From positions 326,554,001 through 326,618,000 of the forward strand of contig OZ024740.1 of the NCBI GenBank assembly GCA_964016885.1: 64,000 bases of DNA, written 5' to 3'. The translations under genes and the position numbers were made by a program. The notes beneath the pieces are model-generated. The model was not told where the DNA came from, did not search any database, and saw nothing but the letters and a program-made list of their open reading frames with translations. Every line of letters starts with the position of its first letter. Position 1 is the first letter of the stretch. The stretch is from Eledone cirrhosa (lineage: Eukaryota). This document shows, one piece after another, positions 23,833 to 38,383 of the stretch.

Positions 23833-26800
23833 ATGGCTATGCTAAGAGTAGGCTGTTTAAATGCGCGTGGCCTGGGCTCAACTTGGAAGCAAGCAATGCT
23901 TCTAAATGACCTCAGGTCACAACGTATAGATGTGATGGTTATTTGCGAGGCCCGGATCAGCAACGTGCGACAGCTGGCCCCCACCTTTGATGACTTTGAG
24001 ATGCACGCATCTCTCTGTCAGCCCGGACGTGGGGGTGGGGTTGTCGTTCTGCTGCAAAAACATCTGGGTCTCGCAATACAGACGGTACATTTGGACCCGG
24101 AGGGTAAACTAGTGGTTCTGGACCTTGGTAGTGGTGAAGGCGGAGCGTTTAGGTTGGTAGCCGCCTACGGCCCTTTCGGGTCAATGCGGCCGGACTTCTT
24201 CCATCGTCTGGAGACTTTTCTAGGGACGTCCCGCTCCTTGCTATTAGTGGGGGACTGGAATGGTATCCTAGATGCACGCTGGGACTACGTAGGGGCCTGT
24301 CCCGATAGAGAGGGGTGTAATAGCCTCAAAGGGTTAATCGGTCGATTTGACCTGGCCGATAGATATCGACTAGATTTTCCGACTGCGACAATCTGGACTT
24401 GGGCAAATCGTAGCGGATCATCTAGGTCGTACCTAGATAGGTTCTTAGTTAGAAATAAGGATAAGGAATTTTTAAGTTGTCCAAAAATGTGCATGGTTGG
24501 CTATTCAGACCACAAGTTAGTGAGCTGCATGGTCAACCTTGACAGAACGCATAGACAGGGACCCGGTTACTGGAAGCTCAACTTGTCCTTACCGGCAAGT
24601 AAGGCTTACAGGGACCGGATTAGCACTTTAGTTAAGGAGCAGTTGACGAGCGCTATCGTCAACAGCAGGTGGTGGGGATCTCTCAAAAGAGAGATTAGAG
24701 TAGTCTCTATAGAATTTAGTAAGGAGTTAGCCTCAAATAGAAACAGGAAGGAAAGGTAGCTGGTAGATAGTGTAGAAGAGGCAATTAGAAGCGGCGACGT
24801 GCTCGCGTCGAGAACGGCCCTGGGCCAGTTCTTCGACGCGAAACACGAAGGCTGCATCGTCCGAAGCAAAATACGTGCTCTGGGAAACGAGAGGACCAAA
24901 GCTGTTAGCTGGGCCCGCGTGACAGAAGCCAAAAGAGGGAGCAGATCCACTATCCGGTCTTTGCGAGACCAGGATGGACGGGTGATCCTTGAACCTAAGC
25001 AGATGTGCGAGGCTTTTCAAAAGCACTTTGCCGGATTGTTCGGAAGGGGCGGGGAGCCGGTTGGAGATGTGGACTTCGGTCCATACCTCGACGGCCTGCC
25101 GTGTCTCTCGGACAGGGAGGCGAAGTTCTGCGAGGAGCCGATTTCGGCCGCTGAGATAGAGGACGTGCTGAGCCAATGCGGCAAACGCAAATCCCCGGGT
25201 CTCGATGGTCTTCCATACGAACTGTATCTAGCTATGCCGGACTTGTTCCCCGATCTCCTCAAGGCGGTCTACTGCAACTGGCAACAGAACGGGAGAATTC
25301 CCTGTGCTGTGACCAAGGGTGTAGTCACGCTAGTGAGGAAGGACGAGAACAAGGGGGACGATATAAATAATTTCAGGCCCATAACTCTGCTAAATACAGA
25401 GTTACAGATTTTGGTCAAGGTGCTAGCAAAGAGGTTGGCGCTTGTTGTGGGCAACCTGGTGGGAAATGCGCAGACATGTGCTATCCCGTCCAGGTCCATC
25501 CACGACAACCTCCACCTTATGCGATACATCATAGAGAGGGTTGGGAACGAACCCGGCTTTGGTGGGGCCCTGATCAACTTGGATCAATCTAAGGCGGTTC
25601 AATAGGGTCGACCATGGTTATCTGGATGCGGTGCTAGCGGCGGCAGGCTTCGGACCCGTTTTCAGGGGCTGGATCAATGCCATGCACAGCAGCCGCATCT
25701 GCTCTAGGGTCAAGGTGAACGGCTACCAAATCGCGCGGTTCATCCGACAAGGGTGCCCTCTCTTCTCCCTTCTGTATGTGATGACTCTAGAGCCTCTGCT
25801 GTGGAAGTTGGAGTTGTTGCAGGGCATCCCGTTGGAACCGGATTGCGGAAAGCGGTGTCGGCCTACGCCGACGACGTAACAGTGATGGTGTCGACGGCCT
25901 CGGAAATCGGGGCGGTCGGCACCTTACTGGAGGAGTACGAAAGGTTTACAGGGGCTAAGCTGAACCGGGACAAGTCGATCAGTCTGCAACTCGGCACGTG
26001 GAGGGGCAGATCGATGCCCTCCGATGGCGTCGTCGGGCGCTGGACGGAGGGCCCGGTGAAGTTGCTCGGGGTCTGGTTCGGACCAGACCTCCAGGTGGAG
26101 AAGAACTGGGGTGAGGTAACGAACAGGGTGTTTGCACTGACCCAGAAGTGGGCCGAGTGCAAACTGTCCCTGAAAGGTCGGGCGGAGGTGACGAACACTT
26201 ATATAGCGTCCGTCATCTACTACCGCCTGACCGCTGTGCCTTGCCCAAGGGAAACGCTCACCAAAATGGAGCGCGCACTCTTCCAATTCCTTTGGAAGAA
26301 GCGGGCTCCTATAGTGAGGAGATCCATCTGCTGTCAACACCTTTCGAAAGGAGGGCTGGGGATGCCGTGGCTAATGATACGTAAACACGCATTAAGGCTA
26401 CGGCACCTCCAGGTATTCCTCACCGGTCAACCGGTGTGGGCCGTGTTTTTGAGGCGAGCCTTTCCCAGACTCGTCTCACTCACCGAGCTGCAATCCTGGG
26501 TCAAGCAAAGACCGAGAAAACTGGGCGCCTGGCACACCGAGTGTGCCCAGGCGCTCACGACTCTCTGGCAGGCGGACCCGGATGTCAGTGGAGAATCCAC
26601 CTCGTCATTCTATAGAGGGCTGGTGGTTAGCAGGTGCGACGACGCCCTCGGAGAAGCCCTAGGCATGGAGGAAGACGAACTGGACAACCTGTTCGGTAGG
26701 ACATTCAGCCCGGGACCCATGGATAACTTCCAGAGGTCCCTGGCCTGGCAGTGCTACCGAGGGGCTCTGACCGTTCGAGAAAGGCTCTACAGACACGGGC

Positions 26801-27245
26801 GCCCGGTAGGGACCCCTCGAAAAAGATCTGTCCCATATGCGTGTGCGACGAGGAAACCGTTGCACACGCTTTGGTACACTGCTCGGGCATTGCCGATCTG
26901 TGGGGCTATGTCGAACAACTGCTGTCAAGGGTGGGACCGATCCGGTTGACCACCGAGTCTATTGTAACGATCAAGCCGCCTCCCCTCTTCAAAAACGAAG
27001 GAGAGGCGGTGTTTCTGTGCGTAATAGCCATGGCGAAAGAGGTTGTATGGTGGACGCGTCTGAAAGGACTGAGGTCAGACACCTTTCTCTCTGGTCAACA
27101 ACTGGTCCGTTTCTTCCGATATCATTTCGGAAGAAGGATCAGGATGGAGAGAGAGGTGCTGCACCCCAGCCGTTTTAATGAAAGATGGGTGAAAGTGGCG
27201 AGAACGGCCCGTGTGAATGGGCCTTCACTCTACATCAGACTATAG
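23833..27245 (+). pseudogene. Tx1 ORF2 (APE EN: LNARGL, GDWN, SDHK; RT: KSPGLDGLP, NFRPITLLN, YADD; CPIC..H...HC), with stops and frameshifts
   Basis: ORF pieces 23809-24759, 24799-25605, 25631-, 25753-26949, 26751-27245. Confidence 0.93.
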
Positions 27246-27515
27246 GTGAGGAAGATGAAAGACCAAGGGAGCACCCCCCTCTGTGCTCCTGAGGAGAAGG
27301 GTTGCACACTTTTTTTCGGGGGTGTGTGCGACCCCCCAAGGCGCCTCCTCTCAATTGAGGATTTTGTTATAAAATTTATTTTGTTATATTTTATTTTATT
27401 TTTATACTTTTATATCTTGTTATTGCCTCCTCCATATTGAGGACGCCTTTGCATGTAAACTCCCCCCTTTGTACTTGTCCCACTTTTGATGCCCTGGTGG
27501 CAAATAAAAAGAAAG

Positions 27516-27516
<1 letters not shown>

Positions 27517-27572
<56 letters not shown>

Positions 27573-27573
27573 A

Positions 27574-27607
<34 letters not shown>
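27517..27607. repeat. (CTAT)n
   Basis: Direct reading. Confidence 0.98.
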
Positions 27608-27610
<3 letters not shown>

Positions 27611-28212
27611 GTGGTCCGTGTAGCTGACTATCTTGAATTGTGGACAGCCTATGCTAGACCTATCTATTTCCCTACAAAATACTCTATCTAGATATGATCT
27701 GGATGACCCTATGCGATTTGTCCAAGTCCACATTGGTACATTCGGGAAATCCATTCGGTACCTGTCAGACAGTTCAAAACGCCTGAGCAGGTTGGTGAGA
27801 CTCTTGCACCCTCCTTCCCTATCCACTAATCCCACACAATCCCAGCGTGCATCTAAGATCCCGTTCCAGTCGCCCACTAACACTAAAGAGCGGGACGTTC
27901 CAAGAAAGGTCTCCAGACGCCGGAAGAAATCAGGCCGCCCTTCTCCGCTAGTCACGTCCAGCACCACCAACTTACCTTCTGGGCAAGATCCAAACCTCTC
28001 CGAAAAAGATGTGCGCAGGACATTGAAACAGTTCTGCACGCAATTGTACACTGCCCGGGCGTAAGCGACCTGTGGAACTATGCAGAACAACTGCTGTCGC
28101 GTATGGGACAAATACAGTTGACTGCCGAGTCCATAGTAAGGATCAAACCGCCAGACTCTTTCAAAAACGAAAGAGAGGCGGTTTTCCTCTGTACGGTGGC
28201 TATGGTGAAAGA
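27608..28212. mobile_element. Rearranged Tx1 piece B: inverted EN fragment (27608-27984, -) joined to a + strand ORF2 C-terminal fragment (27996-28212)
   Basis: PEGKLVVLD..GDWN..YTDHK on minus; + part close to 34400-34623. Confidence 0.88.
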
Positions 28213-28327
<115 letters not shown>

Positions 28328-29255
28328 TGCCACATCGAATGTGCTCAGGCGCTCACAATCCTCTGGCAAACGGACCCAGCGATCAGTGGAGACTCCACTT
28401 CGACATTCTATAGAGGGTTGGTCCGCAGCACGTGCGACGACACGCTCGGAGAAACTCTAGGCGTAGAGGAGGACGAACTGGCCAGTCTGTTCGGTAGGAC
28501 CTTCCGCCCGGGACCAATGGACAACTTCCAAAAGTTCCTAGCCTGGCAGTGCTACCGAGGAGCTCTACCAGACACGGGCGCCCGGGTAGGGACCCTTCGA
28601 AAAAGATCTGTCCGAGATGCGTGCGCGACAAAGAAAACGTCGCACACGCATTTGTACACTGCCCGGGCGTTACCGACCTGTGGGGCTATGTAGAACGACT
28701 ATTGTCGCGGGTGGGACTAATCCAGTTGACCACCGAGTCCATTGTCATGATCAAACCGCCACCCTCCTTCAAAAACGAGGGAGAGGCGGTTTTCCTATGT
28801 GTTATGGCTATGATGAAAGAGGTTATATGGTGGACGAGGTTAAAAGGGCTGAGGTCAGACACCTTTCTCTCCGCCGAGCAACTGATTCGTTTTTTCAAAT
28901 ATCATTTTAGAAGAAGAATCAGGATGGAGAGGTGCTGTACCCCAGCAAATTTTATAAAAGGTGGATGAATGTGGCAAAGATGGCCCAAGTGGTTGGGCCT
29001 TCTCTTTATCTAAGCCTGTAGGTTGAGGAAAAAGAGGAAGAGAGGAAGGGAGTACTCACTCTTGGTGCTCCTGGAGATGAGGGTTGTACATTTTTTCGGG
29101 CTGTGTACAACTCCTGTGTAACACCTCCCCCCTTATTGGGGATTTCAATTGTTATTTGTTATTGTATTAATAGTTTTATTTTCATATACCTGTATGTAAA
29201 CTCCCCATTTGTATTTGTCCCCTTCTTTTGTGCCCTTGTGGCTAATAAAGAAATT
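28328..29255 (+). mobile_element. 5'-truncated Tx1 copy C
   Basis: HIECAQAL..CPRC..HAFVHC; same 3' UTR ending cttgtggctaataaagaaat + TATCTATCT. Confidence 0.92.
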
Positions 29256-29468
29256 TATCTATCTGACGTGTGGAACATCGCCGGTAAGCTTTTTTGTAAA
29301 TTTCTATACAAAAAACTGAACAAATTGTTTGAAAAAACATATCATTTTGTAGATTAACCCCCAAGCTGAATCGTCAGCGGGGTGGTAATCCCATTTTTCG
29401 CCCCTTTAGGTGCGTAAATTTAATTTCAAAACTTGTTTTAAAAAATCAAATTTTGCCAACTATAAAAC

Positions 29469-31373
29469 ATGAAGCTCGGAAAGAACGCTAGAGAACGTTG
29501 ACAGAGAGAGGAGAAGTAGAAAGGCAGATATTAACGTTATATCTGCTTCTGCCACTATGGACGTCGCCATGGATACGACTGTCAACAAAGAGAAAAAATA
29601 ATATTACCAATTGAACATTTAAACATTTCTACCGTCGAAGCGGAGAAAAATAACACACAGGAAGACACAGGAAGACACAGGAATTAAACCTATTAATATA
29701 CATACACATGAAGCAGCCAACAACAACAACAACTCCATAGATACATCTACAGATAAAATTTCACCTCGTCAAGAAATTGCGATTTCCAACACCGAGGCTA
29801 ACAACGATAACAACAACAGCAACACCACAAAAAAAATGTCTTTCGCTGAAGCAGTGAACAAAAAACAAGATTTTATAAATCTTGACATCTCCAATGCAAG
29901 TGATATACTCCAGCAAGGGAGAAAATGTGTAACTTTCGAAGACAAAGGTGGGTTTAGAATCAACTCACCCCTCGAAATAAAAGAAGAGACAGTTCGAAGG
30001 ACAGTGACCTTCAAGACTGTCTCAAATACAACGAGAAAGCCAATATTTTTGAGTCAAGGAGACATAGAAGCAACCTTGAAGGAGACTCTAGAAAATATTG
30101 ACTTTATTCAACAAGGAAAACAGTACGGAAGTATTTCCGTACTGTTTAAAAGCGAGGCACTCGCCCCAAAACATTCTGTGACACCAATGGTGTCAAAAGC
30201 ATTCACCTCTTTCCCTACGTACATGGGAAAAAGGACACAAAAAATAAAAATAAAAAATATACCACCAAACATTAACATCTGGTGGATCTTGGCTGGCTTC
30301 GTAAAGCCAGAGACTGATATGATTCTTTCGATACGAAAGTCTATTAGACAAAGGTGGGCGGGTACTGATTTGGAGATTCTGATTCAAATGAGGCCGGAGA
30401 GAATCTCCAAAATACCCGAAAAAGTCGTCATCGACGACAACAACAAAATAATCATTTCGGTGGAGGGGCGTAAACTTCACTGCTTACGCTGTGGTAGCAC
30501 AGCACACCTAAAGACCTCCTGTCCTTCACAAACACACCACAACAGCATCATTAAAAAAACACTATTACCAACACCAAAACAACCACCACCACAAGTACAA
30601 CAACAGACGAAACGAGCAAACACACCAAAACAAACAGCCACTCAACCAACAACAACAGAAAAAATACAGACAACACCCCTGAAGAACACAGCCTCACGCC
30701 ATCCCTCTCCATCAAACACTACCATAAACACACACACCGAAACACCACCACCACCACACAACATACCCCTACCCCACACTCCTGGCGATGATTATTCATG
30801 AACAGATGAGGCTGCTTCTCCTTCTTTAAGTGAAGAAGGAGAGCCTCGGAAATCTAAAAACAAAAAAAGAGACACCACAAAACCCCCAAAACTCCAATCA
30901 CCAACACCAACACACAATCACAGACACAAACAACAACACAAACAACACCACAGTTAAACATCCCCCTACCAGCAAAACCAACACCAACACCACCCAAAAC
31001 ACAAGCACCCACCATAAAAAGAAAACTCCCGGACGAACAACAAACTAAAACAACACAACAAAAACACAAACAACAATACGCATACACCAACACAAACAAC
31101 AAGAGTTTGATGGAGGTCATCTCCCAAAACCCCAAGGTGGAGACGGAGGGCAAAACTTTCGTCAAAGCAGAATCGTCTCCACACCTAAAACTAATAAGGT
31201 TTTCGATAGAAACCTATCAGAAATTGAAAGAACAGTTTTCGCAGGATGTTGGCAACCCCTGTTAAAAACCTATTAACCGCGTCTTATTAAAATGTTTCCC
31301 CACCCCACCCAACACCCCCACCAGAACTGAAATGGAGATTGAGCAACTCGATCTCCAGGAAACGAAAAGGTAA
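29469..31373 (+). pseudogene. Tx1 copy D ORF1, disrupted
   Basis: Main piece 29836-30801 homologous to copy A ORF1; ends MEIEQLDLQETKR*; start uncertain. Confidence 0.8.
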
Positions 31374-31414
31374 GTGCACCTTTTCGTCCTTTTCGCCAAC
31401 TCTTCTCCACCAAC

Positions 31415-34400
31415 ATGGCTAGTTTACGAGTTGGAAGCGTGAATGTGCGTGGTCTAGGGATGCCCTGGAAATAGGGCCAACTTTTAAACGACCTTAGGTC
31501 ACACGGTATGGATGTGATAGCCATCACCGAGTCCAGGATCCACAACAGGCAGCAACTAACCCCCATCTTCGATTTTGAGATCTTCGCATCTCTCTGTGAG
31601 CCAGGAAGTGGAGGGGGAGTGGCTGTCATGTTTCGGAAGAACCTGGACGTCGAAGTACAGCAAGTACACTTGGACCCGGAGGGTAGACTGGTAGTCCTAG
31701 ACGTGAACAGTATTGGAGGTGGAGCCTTCAGACTGGTGACCATTTATGCCCCGACCGGACAATCACAATCACGGCCAGACTTCTTTAAGCGTCTAGAGTC
31801 TTTTCTGGGAACGTCTCGCTCCTTACTCTTAGTGGAGGACTGGAATAGTATCCTAGATGCACGATGGGACTATGTGGGAGCATGTCCCAGTAGAGGGGGG
31901 TGCAACAGCCTCAAAACTTTAATCGGCCAATTCCAACTGGCCGATAGGTATCGACTGGATATCCCGACTGCACCCCAGTGGACGTGGGCAAACTGCAACG
32001 GGACATCTAGATCGTATTTAGATAGGTTCTTCATTAGAGAAAGGGACAAGGAGATGTTAAGCTGTCCACGAATGCACATGGTTGCCTATTCTGATCACAA
32101 ATTAGTCGTCTGCATAGTCAACCGTGACAGAACACATAGACAGGGACCCGGATACTGGAAGCTGAACGTGTCGTTGCCGGCACGTAAAGCTTACAGTGAA
32201 CGGATAAGTAGACTAGTCAAGCAACAGTTAACGGGAGCCATCGTCAACAATAGATGGTGGTATTCTCTCAAGAAAGCAATTAGAGTAGAATCGATAGGGT
32301 TTAGCAGAGTTAGCCTTAGAGAAAAACAAAATAGAAAGAGAACTAGTAGCCAAGGTAGAGGAGGCACTTAGAAGTGGCAACACGGCTAGAGTGTTAGCGT
32401 CGAGAACGGCACTAGACCAGTTCTTCGATGTGAAACACGAAGGCTGCGTGGTCAGAATCAAAACACGTGCTCTAGGAAACGAAGGAGCGAAAGCTGTCAG
32501 CTGGACCCGAGTGGCGGAGGCAAAAAGTGGCAAGAAGTCCACGATTCGGCCTCTGAAAGACCAAAACGGACGCGTGCTAATTGATCCCAAGCAAATGTGC
32601 GCGGCCTTTCAGCAGCACTTTGCGCGACTGTTTGAGCAGAACGACGGTGAGCCGAACGGGGTAATGGACTTTAATTCATACCTCGACGGCCTGCCGCGTC
32701 TCTCGAACACGGACGCCGAGTTCTGCGAAAGACCGATCAGGGACACTGAGATACGGGACGCTCTGGGCCGCTGCGGAAAACGCAAGTCACCCGGTCTAGA
32801 TGGTCTACCCTATGAGTTTTACATAGGCATGTCGGACTTGTTCTCTGGCGTCCTCGAAGCCGTCTACTGCAATTGTCAGCAGAACGGGAGAATTCCCAGT
32901 TCTGCAGGCAAGGGGGTAGTAAAGCTGATCAGGAAAGACGAGAACAAGGGGGACGAAATTAACAACTTTAGGCCCATAATTCTGCTCAACACAGAGTTAA
33001 AGATTTTGGCCAAGGTGCTAGCGACGAGGCTGGCGCTTGTCGTCGAGAACCTGGTAGGGAAAGCGCAAACGTGTGCAATCCCGACCAGATCCATACACGA
33101 CAACCTCCACCTCATGCGATACATCATAGAGAGGGTGGGTAGTAAACCCGGCTTCAGTGGGGCTCTGATCAATTTGGATCGATAGGGTTGACCATCGATA
33201 CTTGGAAGCGGTTCTCAAGGCGGCCGGTTTCGGTCCCGTTTTCAGAGGCTGGATCGAGGCGATTCACACCAGCATCTGCTCGACGGTCAAGGTGAACTCC
33301 TACCTATCGGAGCCATTCTCAATCACGCGTTCCATTCGACAGGGGGTGCCCTCTCTCCTCCATTCTGTATGTATTGACTCTAGAGCCACTACTGCGGAAA
33401 TTGGAGCTGTTGCAGAGCATCCCTCTAGAACTGGGACTGCGCAAAGCGGCGTCGGCTTATGCCGACGACGTGACGGCGATGGTGTCGAGCACCTCGGAAA
33501 TCGGGGTGATCGGCAACTTACTGAAAGATTACGAAACGCTGACGGGAGCAAAACTAAACCCGGACAAGTCTGTCGGTTTGCAACTCGGTACGTGGAGAGG
33601 CAAACCCATGACGTTCGACAGCGTCGTTGGACGCTGGACGGACGGACCGGTGAAATTGCTCGGGGTCTGGTTCGGTCCAGACCTCCAGGTGGAGAAAAAC
33701 TGGAACGAGGTCACGATCAAGGTGTTTGCACTCACCCAGAAGTGGGCAGAGTGCAAACTGTCTTTGAAAGGTCGAGCGGAGGTGGCGAACACTTTCATAG
33801 CGTCCATCATCTACTACCGCTTGACTGTCGTGCCTTGTCCCCGTGAACACCTCGCCAAGATGGAACGCATGCTCTTCCAGTTTCTGTGGAAGAAGCAGGC
33901 GATCCGTCTGCTGCCAGCACCCTTCCAACGGAGGGCTGGGAATGCCGTGGCTGATGATGCGCAAACATGCGCTGAGGCTGCGGTATCTCCAGGTTTTCCT
34001 CACCGACCCCCAACCGGTGTGGGCACCGTTTGTGAGACAGGCTTTCCCACAGCTCGTCTCGCTGACGGAGCTGCAGTCCTGGGTTAAGAAAAGACCGAAA
34101 ACGATGGGCGCCTGGCACATTGAATGCGCTCAGGCGCTCACAGTCCTCTGGCAAGCGGGCGCAGCAATCAGTGGAGACTCCACTTCGACATTCTATAGAG
34201 GGATTGTACGCTACAAGGGCGACGACGTGCTCGGAGGGACTCTGGGCGTCGAAGACGATGAGCACACCAGTCTGTTTGGTAGGACTTTCCGCCCGTGACC
34301 TATGGACGACTTCCAGAGGTCCCTGGCCTGGCAGTGCTACCGAGGAGCTCTACCAGTTCGTGACAAGATCTACAGGCACGGACGCCCCAGCAGGGATCCT

Positions 34401-34829
34401 TCCAAGAGGATGTGTCCAAGATGCGTGCAGGACATTGAAACCGTCCTGCACGCAATTGTACATTGCCCGGGCGTAACCGACCTGTGGAACTATGCAGAAC
34501 AACTGCTGTCGCGTATGGGACAAATCCAGTTGACTGCCGAGTCCATAGTAAGGATCAAACCACCAGCCTCTTTCAAAAACGAAAGAGAGGCGGTTTTCCT
34601 CTGTACGGTGGCTATGGTGAAAGAGGTTATATGGTGGACGAGATTGAGAGGACTGAAGACAGATGCCTTTCTCTCCGGACAACAATTGATTCCCTTCTTT
34701 AAGTATCACTTTAGAAGGAGAATCAGAGTGGAGAGAGAGGCACTGCACCCCAGTAAATTTACTGAAAGGTGGGTGAATGTGGCAAACAGGGCCCGAGTGA
34801 TTGGGCCTTCTCTGTTTATAAGCCTGTAG
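31415..34829 (+). pseudogene. Tx1 copy D ORF2, disrupted
   Basis: Pieces 31508-32371, 32391-33185, 33202-, 33374-34087, 33843-34298, 34302-34829; YADD. Confidence 0.93.
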
Positions 34830-35058
34830 GTTGAGGAAGAGAGCAAAAGGAAGAAAGGAGCACTTGCACAACACGCTCCTGAAGTTGAGGGTTGTTCTAT
34901 CGACGGGGTATTATCAACCTATTTGTGGCGCTTCCCACCTATTGGGGATTTCGATTGTTATAATTGTTTGTTTATTTTTTTTACACGACTGTATGTAAAA
35001 TCCCGGCATGTCTTTGTATTGTCCCCTTTTCTTGCGCGCCCTTGTGGAAAATAAAGAA

Positions 35059-35127
<69 letters not shown>

Positions 35128-35631
35128 CAAGCCTAGTTATCTGTCTATCTGTCCACCTGTTTATCTGTCCATCTGACTGGCTACATCCATCTATTTATGT
35201 ATATTTACCAATTTATCTATCTTCGGACAAGAACAACAATAACAGCAAAAAAATACGAATCTCGATACTAGCCAGAAGATAGAGACATAACTAAAACAAA
35301 GTAATCGTAATTTAATAGACATGTGTCTGATTATGATTACAGAAAATATGGAAGAAAATTATTGTAATTGATTTGAATGAATGTAAAACGAAATACGGCG
35401 ATGACCGGAGTGAGAAGAGCATTCAAGCATCATTACATAGAATGTTGTAATGAAGAAAATATTAAATTACATTTTCTTCTACTTTAAACTTAGTTGCCGT
35501 CTACCTAATTTCATTCACAATGCTTCGGGTGACCCGAGCCAATGGCAAATATACTTAGCCAAATTGCCGCGTGATTATGATTGCGATGCAATCATCCTAA
35601 CCACATAGCCGTGCCTACGTACATCCCCTTC

Positions 35632-35754
<123 letters not shown>

Positions 35755-36204
35755 ATTTTCTGCCTGAAGCATCTGCTTACGCACGCACAATGATAAAAGA
35801 ATAAGTTCACTTCGTTTTCGTCAGTATGTCTCATACAATGTTTTCAATGTGTGCGTGTGTATGAATGTGTGTATCTCGATTTTGTGAAGTATATGTTTAT
35901 GTTTATGTGTATTTATAAATCTGCACACGTATATATATTCAAAACAGCATATTTAAAATTAACGTATGTTTACGTGTTAAAATCTGTGCCAATGAAGCAA
36001 TCCGTAGGTCCATCACATCTAGACTGGGCGAGGAGTTCAGCTCGGTGTAACTAGGGGTCCGCGTGTTTGGTGTGTGTGAGTGGGCGCTGCACATGCAGCT
36101 AGGCAGTTCTTCAACACACAAAATATATATATTCTCTCCATCTTAACATACTCCCCCCCCCCACACAACTCCCTCCCCCATTTCTACTAATAGAATCATC
36201 TTCC

Positions 36205-36287
<83 letters not shown>

Positions 36288-36469
36288 GCACACAAATAAA
36301 CATACATATCTCTACTTTCATTATTTCAATAGAAAGTCTGAATTCTGACACCCCAGCGAACCAGCCATATTCACTGAACCAGAAAAATTCTCCCCATCCC
36401 ATTTCTCTTGACCATTATCTTTTGTTTGTCAAAAAATTCTCTAAAAGGCTACAAAATAAATTCCCAAAT

Positions 36470-36800
36470 ACGGGCGCGAAATTTAATGAACTTGTTCACG
36501 TGACAGCCATAATTCCAATCAAATTACATTTATAAAAAAAAGCCGCCGTAAGTCCCTTTTCTTTAAGTAAAAAGAAATTCAAACAAACTGGCGCGAAAGC
36601 TGATGTGCTTATTCACGTGACTGCATCAACCAACCAAACTTCACTCATATATGAAAAAACAACCTGAGCCCCCCCCCCCCCTCGTTTGAAGAACTTTGTA
36701 ACGCGAACTGGCGCGAAATTTATTATACTTATTGACCAACCAATAAAATTACTTCTCTAAAAACATGGCGTTTCGAGCCACTTTTTTCCATATAAAACAA
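36470..36800 (+). promoter_or_regulatory. Candidate Pol II promoter: 3x GGCGCGAAA (E2F), 2x TCACGTGAC (E-box), CCAAT, AACATGGCG (YY1), TATAAAA
   Basis: Motifs at 36473/36590/36710, 36496/36613, 36740, 36762, 36791. Confidence 0.45.
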
Positions 36801-36968
36801 GTAACATTCAAAGACCAACCAGATGTGAGAAAAACCACAGACCCTCCATCTCAACTCTACTTTTTTGAAAAGCAGAAGAACTGCGAAACCGGTAGAGGAA
36901 CCAAATAAATATATATATTTTTTAAAAATAAGACTCCAGTTGCATTTTCGATTTCATCTTTTTTTCTT

Positions 36969-36993
36969 TATATATATATATATACATATGTGT

Positions 36994-37074
<81 letters not shown>

Positions 37075-37107
37075 GTATGAATATATATATATATATATGT
37101 ATGTCTA

Positions 37108-37162
<55 letters not shown>

Positions 37163-37253
37163 GTGTGTATATATATATATACATATGTGTGTATATATAT
37201 ATACATATGTGTGTTTATATATATATATATGTATGAATATATATATATATATG

Positions 37254-37326
<73 letters not shown>

Positions 37327-37425
37327 GTATGTATACATATATACATATACATATATATATGTATATATCTGTATGTATACATATATATACATATACATAT
37401 ATATACATATACATATATATATATG

Positions 37426-37490
<65 letters not shown>

Positions 37491-37546
37491 TTTTATGACT
37501 TGTTCATATATATGTATGTATGTATGTATATATATATATGTATATA

Positions 37547-37641
<95 letters not shown>

Positions 37642-37656
37642 ATATATATATATATA
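36969..37656. repeat. (TA)n-derived microsatellite
   Basis: Direct reading. Confidence 0.97.
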
Positions 37657-38253
37657 GTTGGTGCTACTGGTAACATGTATCCCAGTACAACCTATCTCAT
37701 GGTCGGGTCGTTGGCGACTAAACTGGCAACCCCACCAAGGTTTCTTGGTGAGGAGGGTGACTTTGGACATTCTGCAGGACTAAAAAGAAAACCTGTCAAA
37801 GGGCAAAGGAGCTCTTAAGAGTCAATGGCCATCCAAAATCACCGGGAGAGATGACCCCTTAGCCTTTGTCAAGGCAGAATTCTAGGAGAAGGAAAACTCT
37901 GATATAACACCTGCAACCCTGATGGTATCCAATGATGTTGACTTGTTCTTCTTTTTGGTAAATATCATCTTGGTTAAGAGAGTGGGACTGGCTTTGTGCA
38001 GTGCCTTTGCTCACTATAAAAGCTTCACGGCACAGGCATTGCTTTATATCTGGAGATCGCTCTGCACTTGTCATCACATGGTTCCATGTGCCCAGCACTA
38101 TGTGTCAATAATTGTCACAAGTGTAGTGTTTGTACCAGAGTTTTCAAGTCGCTGGCTGGACTAAAAAGTCACACTCGTTCAGCGCATCGGTAGGGGTTCT
38201 CCTACATGGATATAAAGTAGTGGCCGTACTCGAAAATGAGTTGGCAGCCACCA
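37657..38253 (+). mobile_element. Non-autonomous retroelement, probably RTE-UTR derived
   Basis: ggcgactaaactggcaacccc head; second copy at 47281-47750 with the same ggcagcca(c/t)c+TA end. Confidence 0.6.
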
Positions 38254-38344
38254 TATATATATGTATGTAGATATATATATATATGTATGTATATATATAT
38301 ATATATATATTGAAAATTACAAACTTTACTGTCACCACATATTA

Positions 38345-38383
38345 TGAACCTGAAGATTGCGAAAGCATGAAAGTACTTGTTCA
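38345..38383 (+). ncRNA. Minimal type I hammerhead ribozyme
   Basis: UGAAC-CUGAAGA-U-UGC(GAAA)GCA-U-GAAA-GUAC-UU-GUUCA; palindromic stem III; in a 200-bp insert between (TA)n. Confidence 0.88.

Larger units (their letters stand above)
21791..27516 (+). mobile_element. Full-length Tx1-clade (L1 group) non-LTR retrotransposon, copy A
   Basis: ORF1 with CCHC, ORF2 APE endonuclease + RT + C-terminal zinc motif, AATAAA at the 3' end, (CTAT)n on both sides. Confidence 0.93.
29265..35059 (+). mobile_element. Full-length Tx1-clade copy D (diverged subfamily)
   Basis: ORF1 with CLRCGSTAHLKTSC, ORF2 EN-RT; TATCTATCT upstream and (CTAT)n 35060-35128 downstream. Confidence 0.93.
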
